Shown piece after piece: positions 1-12,922 of a DNA stretch of 64,000 bases. The DNA is from Octopus sinensis (Eukaryota). The stretch covers positions 37,138,001 to 37,202,000 of the forward strand of contig NC_043001.1 in NCBI RefSeq assembly GCF_006345805.1. The letters run 5' to 3'. A program made the position numbers and the translations under genes. The stretch's first letter is position 1. The number at the start of each line of letters is the position of its first letter. The notes under the pieces are model-generated. The model saw nothing but the letters and a program-made list of their open reading frames with translations. It searched no databases and was not told the DNA's origin.

Positions 1-325
1 GTGTGGCCAGTGACATATGTAAATGCCAGTAGTAAACGAAAGGCTACTCAATTGATTGATTATATTTCTCTATAACGATTGGACTTGTATCAAGTTGAAT
101 GAGATTGTTAATGTTTTTACTATTGTTGTTATCGCCGAAAGAATAAAAAAAGTAAGAAATATGTACAAGGATTTCCAGCAGATATGAAGACATAAGTAAG
201 TCATTTCGTCAACGAAATGACGTGAAACTGTGAGAAGAAAAAAATGAAGCAATAGGTTTTCTATTTTATTTCTCTTCTCATTTCGTCATTGAGTCTCTTG
301 CACAACAACGTCATGCATCACTCGA

Positions 326-333
326 TGACGTCA
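326..333. promoter_or_regulatory. Palindromic CRE site TGACGTCA in the presumed promoter
   Basis: Exact consensus about 190 nt upstream of the ATG, with half-sites TGACG at 218-222 and 308-312 (minus). Function is inferred. Confidence 0.5.
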
Positions 334-523
334 CTCACAATGGCGAGATCATTGTTTCGTTCTTTCTTTTTATTTTCGCTATCGGCAGAAACGTTAGGAT
401 TGTAAAACAACAACAACAAAACAAAATAATAAACAAAATCAAGAAAATGTATGATAGAAAATCTCTTTCGTCGGAAAGGAAAGTTTTCTGTGAAGAGGCA
501 TTATCATTCACAAGACTTTACAA

Positions 524-1472
524 ATGGAAGGAGAAGTAGTAAAAGACAAAACAAAAAGGATTTATCACAATGAAACAACCAGAGCTTGTCATGTCTTAAT
601 GGAACTGCGAAATGCTGGCGAACTATGTGATGCTGAAATTTTAGTAGGAAACACATCGTTCCCAATTCATCGTGTGATTTTATCATCGAGCAGTACCTAT
701 TTCAGAGTACTTTTTACCAACGAGAGATTCCAAAGTAATCGTCAGAAAGTGATTATTCCCAATGTAAGCGTCAATACAATGAATTCCATTCTAGAGTTCG
801 CATACACACAAGAGTGTAGCATTAACTGCAACAATGTCGAAGATCTTCTAGTAGCTGCTGATTATTTCAATATGATTCGCCTCCTGCAATGTTGTTGTGA
901 ATTTCTGGCAACTGGATTAACCGCAGAAAATTGTATTGGAATTAGACGACTAGCCCAGATATATTCATGTCGGGAATTACAACTTGCAGCACATAGTTAT
1001 ATACTGCAAAACTTCTCAATTGTATACAGACGGTCGGATGAGTTCCAGCGACTGAATATCGATGATATCTGCGAAATCATTTCTTCGGATAACCTTAATG
1101 TAAAATCGGAAGAAATAGTTTTTGATGGGATTGTTGATTGGATCAGTTACGATCCAAACAATAGAAAACATTATTTCAACCGGCTTTTGCAGAAAGTACG
1201 ATTTGAACTGACATCTGCGTGTTTCATTGAGCAAGTACAGAGATATTGTTGCGCATGCGGTGAAGATTTTACTAACAACTTATTTCATATTCCTGTAACC
1301 TTTTCTCCCATGGAAGCTGTTGATATATCACATGTTAGTTTACCAACTGCAAGAATTCCTAACCAAATTTTATTTGTAATCGGTGGTTGGAGCGGTGGAA
1401 GCCCTACTGGCATCATAGAAACATACGATATAAGAGCAGATCGCTGGATTGAATGCCCATCTGTAAACTCAG
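524..1472 (+). CDS. KLHL10: KLHL10-like exon 1: BTB, BACK and start of Kelch repeat 1
   Basis: The 524 ORF has BTB (LCDAEILVG..FPIHRVILSSSSTYFRVLFT), BACK (ENCIGI..L..AAHSYILQNF) and IGGWSGG. In-frame TGA upstream at 491-493. Donor TCAG|gttcgt at 1472/1473, phase 1. Confidence 0.93.
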
Positions 1473-2497
1473 GTTCGTTGCTTGGAAACGTCATTATCGT
1501 ACTCTATGGAAAATTGTGTTATTTCTTAATAGAAATTTACGATTACATACAGTAATTGCCTGTAATGAGGCACTGTGATACTGAATAGAATTAAGTTTGG
1601 GCGCACCGATATTCTTCTATGATGGGATGTGAGGAACCTACTTTCTAAATGTTTCCTATTAAAAAAAAAAGTAACTACTTTCTCATTTTACTCATTTTCA
1701 TTAGTAACTACTACCTTAAAGTATTTCGTTTTGGGATTTGGTTTGCAAGATTCTTTATATAAGTTCGTGTGTTGAACCATATTCTGTTGCGTCTGGAACA
1801 TTTTAGGAAAATAAAAATAAGAAATAAGTGGAAATTTTACCGGTGAATGTGTTACATTATAAGGCACAAAAGAAAATGACTCTCCCCAGACACAACAGAA
1901 TACTACCTTAAAGTTCCTACTGTTAGAAAATCCAGAACAAACCATCTTCATGCCTTTTACGCAAACTGTCAAATTTGGCCCAAACACCCTGCACGGTGCT
2001 TTATTAGTTTCTGGCGGCCAGCTTTTAGCTTCACGTTACTGTCATAAATATGTCGGTCGATCTCAGCTGAGTCTTTTGTAAGCCAGTGCTGCCTTTTCAT
2101 GGTGTACTGATACCTAGTCACGTATTGGCCCTGCCGAATCTCTTCTTAACCATCGTCTTATATGTACTTGTCCCATTTTCAGCTTAGTTCTTGTTTTTTC
2201 ATGAGTGACTGGTACCCCAGCTTCTGTTTTATATTTGTTGATTTTATTGAAGACAGAAGTTTTCTTTTTTGCTTTGTCATGTTTCGTAACTGTTACTACG
2301 AGTCCCATTAATTCCTCGCTATGTTTTTATGTCACTCTTGATTAAATATTTTATAATAATTTTCAAGTTGCAGAAGGCCTCTATCTCTCTGTCTTTGTGT
2401 AAAATATTATCGTTCTGCATCGGATTTTGGGTGGTGTATTCTAATTCCGATCTAGTCTTGCTACTTCATTTGATATCCTGTTGTAAATATTACAACT

Positions 2498-2832
2498 TTA
2501 AAAAAAAAAAGACTCCGCCGGTTACGACGACGAGGGTCCCAGCTGATACGATCAACGGAACAGCTTGCTCGTGAAATTAACGTGCAAATGGCTGAGCATT
2601 CCACAGACACGTGTACCCTTAACGTAGTTCTCGGGGATAGTCAGCGTGACACAGAGAGTGACAAGGCTGACCCTTTGAAATACAAGTACAACTCATTTTT
2701 GCCAGCTGAGTGGACTGGAGCAACGTGAAATAAAGTGTCTTGCTCAAGGACACAACGCGTCGCCGGGAATCGAACTCACAACCTTACGATCATGAGCCGA
2801 ATGCCCTAACCACTAAGCCACGCGCCCTCACA
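2498..2832 (-). mobile_element. tRNA-derived SINE, body alpha + tail X
   Basis: A/B-box head on minus; CORE/V-like body (tttatttcacgttgctccagtccactcagctg); 14-bp TSD taaatattacaact at 2484-2497 and 2833-2846. Confidence 0.85.
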
Positions 2833-4015
2833 TAAATATTACAACTATGACTTTATTATTTATCTATTTATTTTTCATTTACCTCTAATTCAATGTGCCT
2901 GTTATTCATTCCCAACTCTGTCTTTCATTAGTATGTGCTGAACTCTGCTTGACTTACAAATTCTGAAGTACTCGTAAATCTGAGCTTGGTCTAATTCTCT
3001 CACCTTTGTTCATTTATCTAATGTAATATTGCTTGTTTTTTATTCATGTTTTCAAGGTTGCTTTGGCACATTTTCAAAATCCCATCTTATATAATTTCTT
3101 TCAACGAATTCGTATACTGTACGTAACAGCGTTTCCATTCTTTTCTTTTTTTTTATCAACGACACCAAATTAGTTATCCATATCCATACAAAGGGTTGCT
3201 TGCCTACTTGTAGCACTTACATAATGTCTAATTTAAAGTTTTGGCTAAGGGCTTTAGAAAGGAATGAATGGAGGGAATCTTCTTAGACTATTTCTTTTCT
3301 AATAGAGATATCTGCTAGACATTTATTCATGGCGTTTGATGTACCTATTTTTACGTTACTAACTTATTCATGGCTAATTTTTCAAGGAACCACTACGAAA
3401 CATTACCAAAAGTTATGTGATAATCAATTCATTCCATGATCAATCAGTTCCTTTTTTCTTCCCCACGCCATATTTTTTTTTTACATTCTTCGATTCTAAC
3501 TTTGTCGATCGGTAATTGATCTTCACGACTATATACACTTGTGTAACATTCCTTTTACTCTTCTGGAAGTGATGATCCACACTCCCCGATAATCTTTTAT
3601 ATTCGATAATATTATAGTAATTAACACTTTGTGTACTGTAAGCAAATAGATTATGAATCTCTAGATATGGGGTTGTTGATTCTTTAGTCTTGGAAATCAA
3701 GATGACTTCCTCACGCCGAGACCCATTCAGCTATTTCCAAATTCTTTCTTCAAGTCATTTAATATGTTTTTCTTATGTACCTGTTAAATATTTCAACTAG
3801 AAGTTTGACTTCCAAACGTTTATCTATTTGAAATGCATTATATTAGGCAAAAGCAATAACATTTATTCATAACTTAAAGCATTACTTACACAACTGTGCC
3901 TCAAGAATTTCATTGTTTTAGAATTTCTTCGTCGCTCTTCACTTGAAGTTATATGTATAATAATTCGAGCCGTGAAGAAATGTTGTCTTGGTGCTCTTCC
4001 GTACTCCGGACTACT

Positions 4016-4108
4016 TATCATCATCATCATCACCATCACCATCACCATCATCATCATCATCATCACCATCACCATCACCATCACCATCATCATCATCACC
4101 ATCATTAC

Positions 4109-4162
<54 letters not shown>

Positions 4163-4187
4163 TATTATTATTATTGTTATTATTATT
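4016..4187. repeat. Compound (CAT/CAC)n-(TAT)n microsatellite
   Basis: Directly visible; source of the poly-His/Ile/Ser/Met ORFs. Confidence 0.95.
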
Positions 4188-4858
<671 letters not shown>

Positions 4859-4863
4859 TCCAG

Positions 4864-5017
4864 AACTCGGCAATCGCGCTTTCCATGCATGTTGTACACT
4901 CGGCTATCTGATATATGTAATCGGTGGTTACGACGGTCGATGCCATCTGAATAACGTCTGTTGTTTTGATCCCGTTAAGATGATTTGGTTAGAATCTGCT
5001 CCCATGCACAATAAACG
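4864..5017 (+). CDS. KLHL10: KLHL10-like exon 2 (Kelch 2)
   Basis: tttccag|AA...CG|gtatgt; reads (E)LGNRAFHACCTLGYLIYVIGGYDGRCHLNNVCCFDPVKMIWLESAPMHNK(R). Not in the ORF track. Confidence 0.92.
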
Positions 5018-5804
5018 GTATGTAATCAGGGTAAATTTGAAGGCATTTATAATCAATCTTTTAACAATCTCTCTTTCACTCTCCCTCGCACACACACACA
5101 CACACACACATGTATGTATGTATGTGTGTATGTATGTAATTTTATTCGAATGCATGTATATAATTTTATTAATGTGAAAACCAGCAATAAAAACTGGAGT
5201 AACATAGTCATCTACGGAGGATGGAATTTGTCGAAATGAAAGGGGTTTAAGGATCGAGAAACGGGAAGAGAAGAACGAAAAACAGAAGTTGGAATTAAAT
5301 CTAGGATGATGTAGGTGGGATGTGTTTAATGCTAAAATAGGATTTAGAGTAGTTCTATTAGGGGTTTTAGCAGCAAAAACTCATAGCTATGTTGATGCTT
5401 TGCAATCATCTAAACATCCACCTCCTAGATTTCTAAACCTACCGCCTCTAAATCTCAATTCTTATACAATGTCTGGTAAAACTAGCGCTTCTCAATTATT
5501 TTTAACTATCGTTCCCTTTCTTTTACTAACATTCTTTCAACACCCACTAGCTATGATTCAACAAATCTGAATATATCACAAAAAATTGCTGCCGTCAGGT
5601 ACATAAGTTATTTCATTAATATAAAATAGAATGTCAAGACATTTGGTCACTATTACTGAATGATTCACATACAATAAATACAAGAAAAAAAATAAAGAGA
5701 GTTGAAAGGAGCTCTTAAGTACCTTCACCTCATGATCTCACCTCGATACAGGATACATCAGTTGGTAAAAGATTGTCCACGCCTTACATTCAAAAGATTT
5801 ATGA

Positions 5805-6207
5805 GCAGGAGTGGCTGTGTGGTAAGTAGCTTGCTAACCAACCACATGGTTCCGGGTTCAGTCCCACTGTGTGGCATCTTGGGCAAGTGTCTTCTGCTAT
5901 AGCCCCGGGCCGACCAATGCCTTGTGAGTTTATTTGGTAAAGAAGCCTGTCGTATATATGTATATATATATAAGTGTGTGTGTATATGTTTGTGTGTCTG
6001 TGTTTGTCCCCCTAGCATTGCTTGACAACCGATGCTGGTGTGTTTACGTCCCCGTCACTTAGCGGTTCGGCAAAAGTATCCGATAGAATAAGTACTGGGC
6101 TTGCAAAGAATAAGTCCCGGGGTCGATTTGCTCGACTAAAGGTGGTGCTCCAGCATGGCCGCAGTCAAATGACTGAAACAAGTAAAAGAGTAAAGAGTAA
6201 AGAGTAA
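5805..6207 (+). mobile_element. SINE family H (tRNA-like head, internal (TA)n(TG)n, tail ending aagtaaaagag repeats)
   Basis: Head ggagtggctgtgtggtaag...gggttcagtccc; at least 9 similar copies in the window. Confidence 0.85.
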
Positions 6208-6500
6208 ATGAAAATTAACATTGGACGGGAAAAGTGGCAGAGGAAAGTATAGTGTAACTACAGAAACCCTTGAGGTTGAGGCTTATTTTCGAACTCTGAA
6301 GTATCAAGTAAATGAGGAATATGTCTAGTGCATTGTTTTTCCATATTCTCCAACTTTAGCTAAAGCGGGGCTTACAGAAGTATATATTCCTGTTTAGGAG
6401 TACAACAATATGTTTACAATGAATGATTATTTCGTCTTTACAAATGAATTATTATAGACGAACTTGAATAATCAACCATACGCTAAACTTGGTTAATAAT

Positions 6501-6665
6501 CAGGACCGGCCCTACGGTTGCTGGCGCCGGGGAAAGTTGAACTTCGGCGTGTACAAGCTAACGGTCGTGGAAATTTACTTGTCTTTGTCACGCACTCCTT
6601 AGCGCCCCTTAGTACATGGTGGCCCGGGTGACTGCCCGAGTTTCCGGTACCTTGAGCCGGCCCTG
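6501..6665. mobile_element. hAT-type MITE, 165 bp
   Basis: Imperfect TIRs CAGGACCGGCCC / GAGCCGGCCCTG; perfect 8-bp TSD TTAATAAT at 6493-6500 and 6666-6673. Confidence 0.8.
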
Positions 6666-8114
6666 TTAATAATTAAAACGCGAGACTTGTTCTCCTTCGC
6701 CACACATCAAAGATCTCTTACTCTTGAAGACTTCAGTGAAAGCAAAATTGTCACTTTTCGCAAAAATCTTCCACTTTGTCTCATTTAAGATCATTTTAGC
6801 TAAGTTACCCCTCCCCCACATACACACACACACACTTTGGTCTTCTCCATTTCAATGTGCCTTGAAGGAGTTTTCGCCGACCTATTAATTCGAAGTACCC
6901 CATTATTTAGGTGTTTCCCACACTCTTCCTTTGGTACACCAATTGCCTACGTACCTACATACAAAGACTTCTAACAACACATTCATATCTGAAGGATGAC
7001 ACCCTCTACTTTGTCTTTTTAGCCTTCTGAAAATGCATACAATCCAGATGTAACTTAGATATCTAATACCAAAATTTCATCTCTTCCATAAATAGAGATA
7101 TCCGAAATATCTATCGGTGGTGAAATTATAATCTGGTCGTTTTCAAGATCCCTAAAACATTATGGAATATATCAAGGAAACAGCTTTGTACTTCACTCTC
7201 ATTACATGTGAGCTACACGCGGCTAGTAAAGTCCCATAAGTCCTTATAAATCCATGCCTGAAAATTCTTAACCGTTCTTTATGGGAACCCCATATATACA
7301 ACATCGCTAAATCTTCATCAGATAGGCTAGCTTTCTCTTTTCAGCCCAGAAAATGCATTACTTCTGATCAGTTGCTAGTTCTCTACGAAGTTCAAATATG
7401 CTCAATAGTGTGCTGACTACACGTCTTGGATGGTACAACTGCAACACATACAAATATCCCAGACTGCATCTAGAGGAAGTCCATTCAACTGATACAAGAT
7501 ACTTTCACACCAATTCACTCCTTGCAGATTCACTCCCACTTCTCTCTGCTTCTTCTACAATTACTGCATTACTTCCTTCTCCTATGAGGAAGTAATCTAA
7601 ATGCTATTTCCATTCAATCTACTCATTGCACCTGACTCTCCTCCTCTCATCCTTTTTTCAATGTTCCAGCCCATATCCTACACTAAACACTTTGCCTAAC
7701 TAGTTCTCCCCAGGGAAGCAATCCTCTAGAATTACCTCCATCGTACAGGTTTTTCTGGTATGTGTTGGTATATAGGTGTTCAAGATGAATACCAACCGAG
7801 TCGCCTGCTTTGGAAAAGTTGTGAGTATCCATGGCGCAGCTCGTGCTCTCACTGACTATCTAATAAGCAATCTCTACCAGTGCGATTTTATTACTAATCT
7901 TAGACTAACTTAATCCACAATGATATATTTTTAAAACATTAGTTCTATCTTTCTAAACCTATCTATATCCCGTATTAATGTAGGGGGTTATATTCAAAGT
8001 GCACAAAACGCGTCCTGTATCCATATAAAAAAAATTGAAAAAAAAATATTTATTCATTCTAAGTAAATTTATTTGCATGCGAATTCATTACACAAATGAG
8101 AAAATACTTAACCA

Positions 8115-8275
8115 AAGACACATAGGAAGATCAGAAAGGTGGCGATTAATCTATAACAAAGAATGGACAGGGAGGAAATTGGTAGAACATGTAAAACTGG
8201 ATGATGACCGGGAAAGATGGAAGATAACGGTGACATCTCTTGTGCTTTTTAGGCTACGGATTTTGAGAATGAATT
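8115..8275 (+). mobile_element. RTE-like LINE 3' end fragment
   Basis: KEWTGRKLVEHVKLDDDRERWK resembles RTE ORF C-termini. Confidence 0.55.
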
Positions 8276-8509
8276 TGTTATAAATTATTACAACTATTCG
8301 TTTTATCTGTGTTACGGGTCATGTTGAAATTATTATCGCTCAATTTAATTTGCTCTTCGATTAGTCTGCAGCACCATGTATCCTGGCATTGTAACAAACT
8401 GAATTTTAGTCTCTTCATTTTCCCCTTTATTTCACAGGAATAAACTTTCTAATTTTACTCTCTTTTTTTTTTTTACTCTAAACTTATGTTGACCTTTTCT
8501 CTTTTGAAG

Positions 8510-8679
8510 ATGTCACGTGAGTGTTGCCATCATTGGCCTCCAGATCTATGCCTTGGGAGGTTTCAATGGACAGACGGAACTTAAGAGTGCCGAACGTTAT
8601 AATCACCCTAGCAACCAGTGGACATTAATCCAAGATATGAACTATCAGCGCAGTGATGCAGGTGCCACAGCACTAAATG
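8510..8679 (+). CDS. KLHL10: KLHL10-like exon 3 (Kelch 3)
   Basis: ttttgaag|A...G|gtgagg; CHVSVAIIGLQIYALGGFNGQTELKSAERYNHPSNQWTLIQDMNYQRSDAGATALN. Confidence 0.93.
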
Positions 8680-9026
8680 GTGAGGAGAACATTAAGACAG
8701 GCAACTGCTTATTTCCCAATTTAGTTAAAACAAAGAGAGACATCTAGCGTTTCAGCCAGAACCATTTTTGCGAAAAAGACCCAGCATTAGATGTTTCCTT
8801 TCACCACGACATCATAACATATCTTAAAATAATTGTGCTTCCACTGTAATAGCTTTTATATAACATTAATAGAAGATCCTCTATGTGGTCACTCGACTTG
8901 CAAGAAATAGGAGTCAGTTCTTTTTTAAATCATATCTTCCCGTCTTAAAAAAATAAAAGACACACTAGACAATGTAGTACCTCATATTCTTCAAGAGGCA
9001 GCGACCGCAATGCGTTTGACCTCGCC

Positions 9027-9164
9027 GTGTCAGGAATCTGTGGCCTATAAGCTTTGGTAGATCCTCCGTTTCGTGTCAGGAATCTGTGGCCTATAAGCTT
9101 TGGTAGATCCTCCATTTCGTGTCAGGAATCTGTGGCCTATAAGCTTTGGTAGATCCTCCGTTTC
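9027..9164. repeat. 3 x 46-bp tandem repeat
   Basis: Unit gtgtcaggaatctgtggcctataagctttggtagatcctccgtttc at 9027, 9073 and 9119; one mismatch, no spacers. Confidence 0.95.
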
Positions 9165-9229
9165 ATGTTGTGTATGTCTGTCATTAACTTCAATGGAGCT
9201 GAATAGTTTGCGCTTTTTATTAATGTACT

Positions 9230-9780
9230 GAAGATTCCAAAATATAACTTCTGATATGGCCTGATGTTCAACACGATAGCTACCCTGCTCACAAAGCCTC
9301 CCCTGCGTTGAGTATTAATATTAGAGAAGGATGGATTGTGTTCATAAATCTCCGCTTTGGTTATGTGCTCATGTCATGACATGTCTTAAACCTCCACGAG
9401 ATGTCTGCTGAAGGTAACATGAAGATGATCTTGATGCTCCTTCATTTACCAGATTTTGACTCCATGGAGAAGAACGCTCTCAACATTTGCTTTGAAAAAG
9501 GCCAGTTTTGTTGATTTTGAAATACTTGGTTGTTAGATATTTTGAAGTTTGTTACAGATACTCTAGATTAGTCTCTTGTATGTTAGTTAGCTTTTCTTAT
9601 TCTCAACAACATAGGACACAAGGCATTTGAAATCACTGACATCCATAAGTGTTTGAAATCGTTTGGACAGATTGACCGGCGACTTTCATCATGATGACAG
9701 TCGCGGCTGGAATACTTTTGATTGTACATAGGTTTGATTTATCAGAGATGACTTGGGGGTTAAACAACATCTGCTTGTCT
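9230..9780 (-). mobile_element. Decayed RTE-type LINE RT fragment
   Basis: Minus translation KLAFFKANVESVLLHG...HITKAEIY resembles post-RT RTE motifs, with stops. Confidence 0.6.
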
Positions 9781-9944
9781 GTACATATGCATCTCAAAAT
9801 ACCTCATTAGCAATATATTATCTCAATAAATTTTGTTTTGCCTGTCGTAGAACAAAATGCCTTACAGTATTTTTTACATTCTTAAGCTCAAATCCAAAGT
9901 TAACTTTTGCCGCTAGTCAAAACTTGAAATAATTATAATTAAGT

Positions 9945-10133
9945 TGACGGGCTGACAAAACCGTTAGCACATCGGACAAGTGCTTAGTCGTATTTCTTTC
10001 AGCCGAGGTCGATTTTGCTTTGCTTTTCATTCTTTGGAGATTGATAAAATAAGTACCAGTTGAGCCCTGGGATTGATGTAATCGACTTCCTCCTACCCTC
10101 AAAATTGCTGGACTTGTGCTTATAATAGAAAGA

Positions 10134-10192
<59 letters not shown>

Positions 10193-10460
10193 CATCATTA
10201 TAATTATTATATTATTATTATTATTATCATCATCATTATTATTGTTAAGGCGGCGAGCTGGCAGAAACGTTAGCACGTCGGGCGAAATGCTTAGCGGTAT
10301 TTCGTCTGCCGTTACGTTCTGAGTTCAAATTCCGCCGAGGTCGACTTTGCCTTTCATCCTTTCGGGGTCGATTAAATAAGTACCAGTTACGCACTGGGGT
10401 CGATATAATCGACTAGTCTCCTCCCCACAAATTTGAGGCTTTGTGCATCCAGTAGAAAGG

Positions 10461-10523
<63 letters not shown>

Positions 10524-10760
10524 GTTATTATTATTTAAGACAGTGTGCTGGTAGAATTGTTACCATGCCAGTCAAAAAGCTTAGCGGCATTTCATCCGTC
10601 GTTAGGTTTTGAGTTCAATTTCCACCGAGGTCGACTTTACTTTTCATCCTTTCGGAGGGTCGATAAAATAAGTACCAGTTGTGTACTGGGGTCGATGTAA
10701 TCGACTATCCCCTCCTCCAAATTTCAGTAGAAAACATTGTTGTTGTTGTTGTTGTTGTTT
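9945..10760 (+). mobile_element. Three co-oriented family-G SINEs, each ending in (ATT)n or (GTT)n
   Basis: Copies at about 9945-10135, 10248-10460 and 10538-10735 share gccgaggtcgactttgcctttcatcctttcggggtcgataaaataagtaccagtt (Meta/MESC-like domain, from recall). Confidence 0.85.
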
Positions 10761-10795
10761 TTGTTCATTTTGAAATGCATGCATTGTCTTTCCAG

Positions 10796-11067
10796 ATATA
10801 CTGTACATCTGTGGTGGCTTCAGTGGTCAGCAGTACCTGAACTGTGCTGAATTCTATTCGCCTAAAACCAACCAATGGACACTAATAGCTCCCATGAACA
10901 ACATCCGTTGCGGTCTCAGCATCATTGCATATTGTGACTTCATTTACGCACTGGGTGGCTTCAGTGGTGTAACCAGAGTGACTTCTGCAGAACGCTATGA
11001 CCCTTCTGTCAACAAGTGGCAGTCTATTGAGACAATGTCGATCCCCAGAAGTAATTTTGCAGCTACT
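10796..11067 (+). CDS. KLHL10: KLHL10-like exon 4 (Kelch 4-5)
   Basis: ctttccag|AT...ACT|gtaaga; [27 protein letters not shown]...[26 protein letters not shown]...PRSNFAAT. Confidence 0.93.
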
Positions 11068-11093
11068 GTAAGAATATTATATTCTCCAGCTGT

Positions 11094-11560
<467 letters not shown>

Positions 11561-11623
11561 CTCACTCTGTTTATCTGTCAGTTTGGTTGTATATATTTAT
11601 ATATGTATGTACATATGTATTTA

Positions 11624-12922
11624 CGAGGGGGTACCCACAAAAAAAACCGGAATTTTGCAATATTATTTTATTCACTTAGCTTAATTATAGGTTTACACTT
11701 TTATCACCTTCAAAGTATTTTCCATTTGAAGCAATGCATCCAGTCGAGACGCGTTTTCCTCTGTTCGAAACAGTTCTGGAACTCATGCAAAGTGATGCCT
11801 TTTAACGCCTCCGTCGTTTTTTTTTTCACCTCCTCCACATCTGCAAAAACCTTTTCCTTTAAGGACTTTTGTCATTCGGGGGTGGGGTGGGGGCAAAAAA
11901 TATCGCAGGGAGCAAGATCAGGTGAATGGGGGAAGATGGGTAAACGAGGTCATGCCATTTTAGGTAAAAAAAAAACTGTCTCACACTCAAAGCGGTGGAC
12001 GAAGGCGCATTCTCGTGATGAAACCCACAGCTGTCCATTTTGCCACTGGTCGGGGCATTTTCGTCTCACCGCGTCTCGCAAACGCTTCAGAACTGTCAAA
12101 ATGTCTGGTAAACAGTTTGACTAGGACGGACAAATTATGTGTGGACAATTTCTTTCGCATCGATGAAACAAACTAGCATAGTCTTGACATTGGCTTTCAC
12201 CTGACGCACTTTTGGGGTGGGGGCGTGATGACATTGAATGCTTCCATTGACTTGATTGCTACTTCGTTTCCTGGTCGTAGCCGCACCACCTGCTTTCGTC
12301 TCCAGTGATGACCTTCCAAAAACGGTCTGGATCAACTTCCAACTGTTCTTACAGTTCACGACACGCATTCAGTCGTGACTGTTTTTAATCTTTCGTGAGC
12401 AAACGAGGCACAAATTTTGTTGCAACTCTCCAGGACACACCAGTCATATCAACAAGTTCGTCAACTGTTCGGCGACGGTGCTCCAAGATCAGTTCGCGAA
12501 TTTTCGTGTTTTCATTCGTTCGGGAGGTCGACAGTCTCCCTGAACAAAGTTGGTCTTCATGCAACAAGGAACTATTCCTAAAGCGTGAAAAACCAATCGT
12601 AAACCTGTGTTTTGCTCATGGCGGCGTCCTCCTTGTAAGCTGTTTGAAGCATGACAACTGTTTCCGCCGCCGTTTTTCTCAACAGAAAACAGAATTTCAC
12701 GGAAGCACGCTGTTCCTTCGTTTCAGCCATCGCAAAAATCGACGAACAGGGAAGCACTGCAAAGCAAAGACGCACCACGTTGCAGTACGACTCCAGCCGA
12801 CGATTCCGGTCGGCAGACTGATGCCTGAGGGTCGCATCAAGTGGTTTCTAGCGGCGGAAGCCTGAACTAGAACGGGCTTGTCCTACAGAGAACGTTTCCG
12901 GTTACTTTTGGGTACCCCCTCG
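11624..12922 (-). mobile_element. Near-full-length mariner (DD34D-type) transposon, transposase pseudogene
   Basis: TIRs CGAGGGGGTACCCA..AACCGGAA at both ends, TA TSD at 11622-11623 and 12923-12924, 1299 bp. Minus fragments MAETKEQRASVKFCFLLRKTAAET, ATKFVPRLLT, HHENAP and HSPDLAPCD are split across frames. Confidence 0.92.

Noticed and set aside
524-1555. The 343-aa ORF as the complete protein
   Set aside because: Similarity stops at the 1472 donor; five downstream exons complete the Kelch propeller in frame.
1690-2310. Minus-strand ORFs as a Tc1-like transposase remnant
   Set aside because: Only vague motif resemblance; no TIRs or DDE motifs I can support.
9027-9164. CRISPR-like array
   Set aside because: Contiguous units without spacers, no cas genes, eukaryotic intron.
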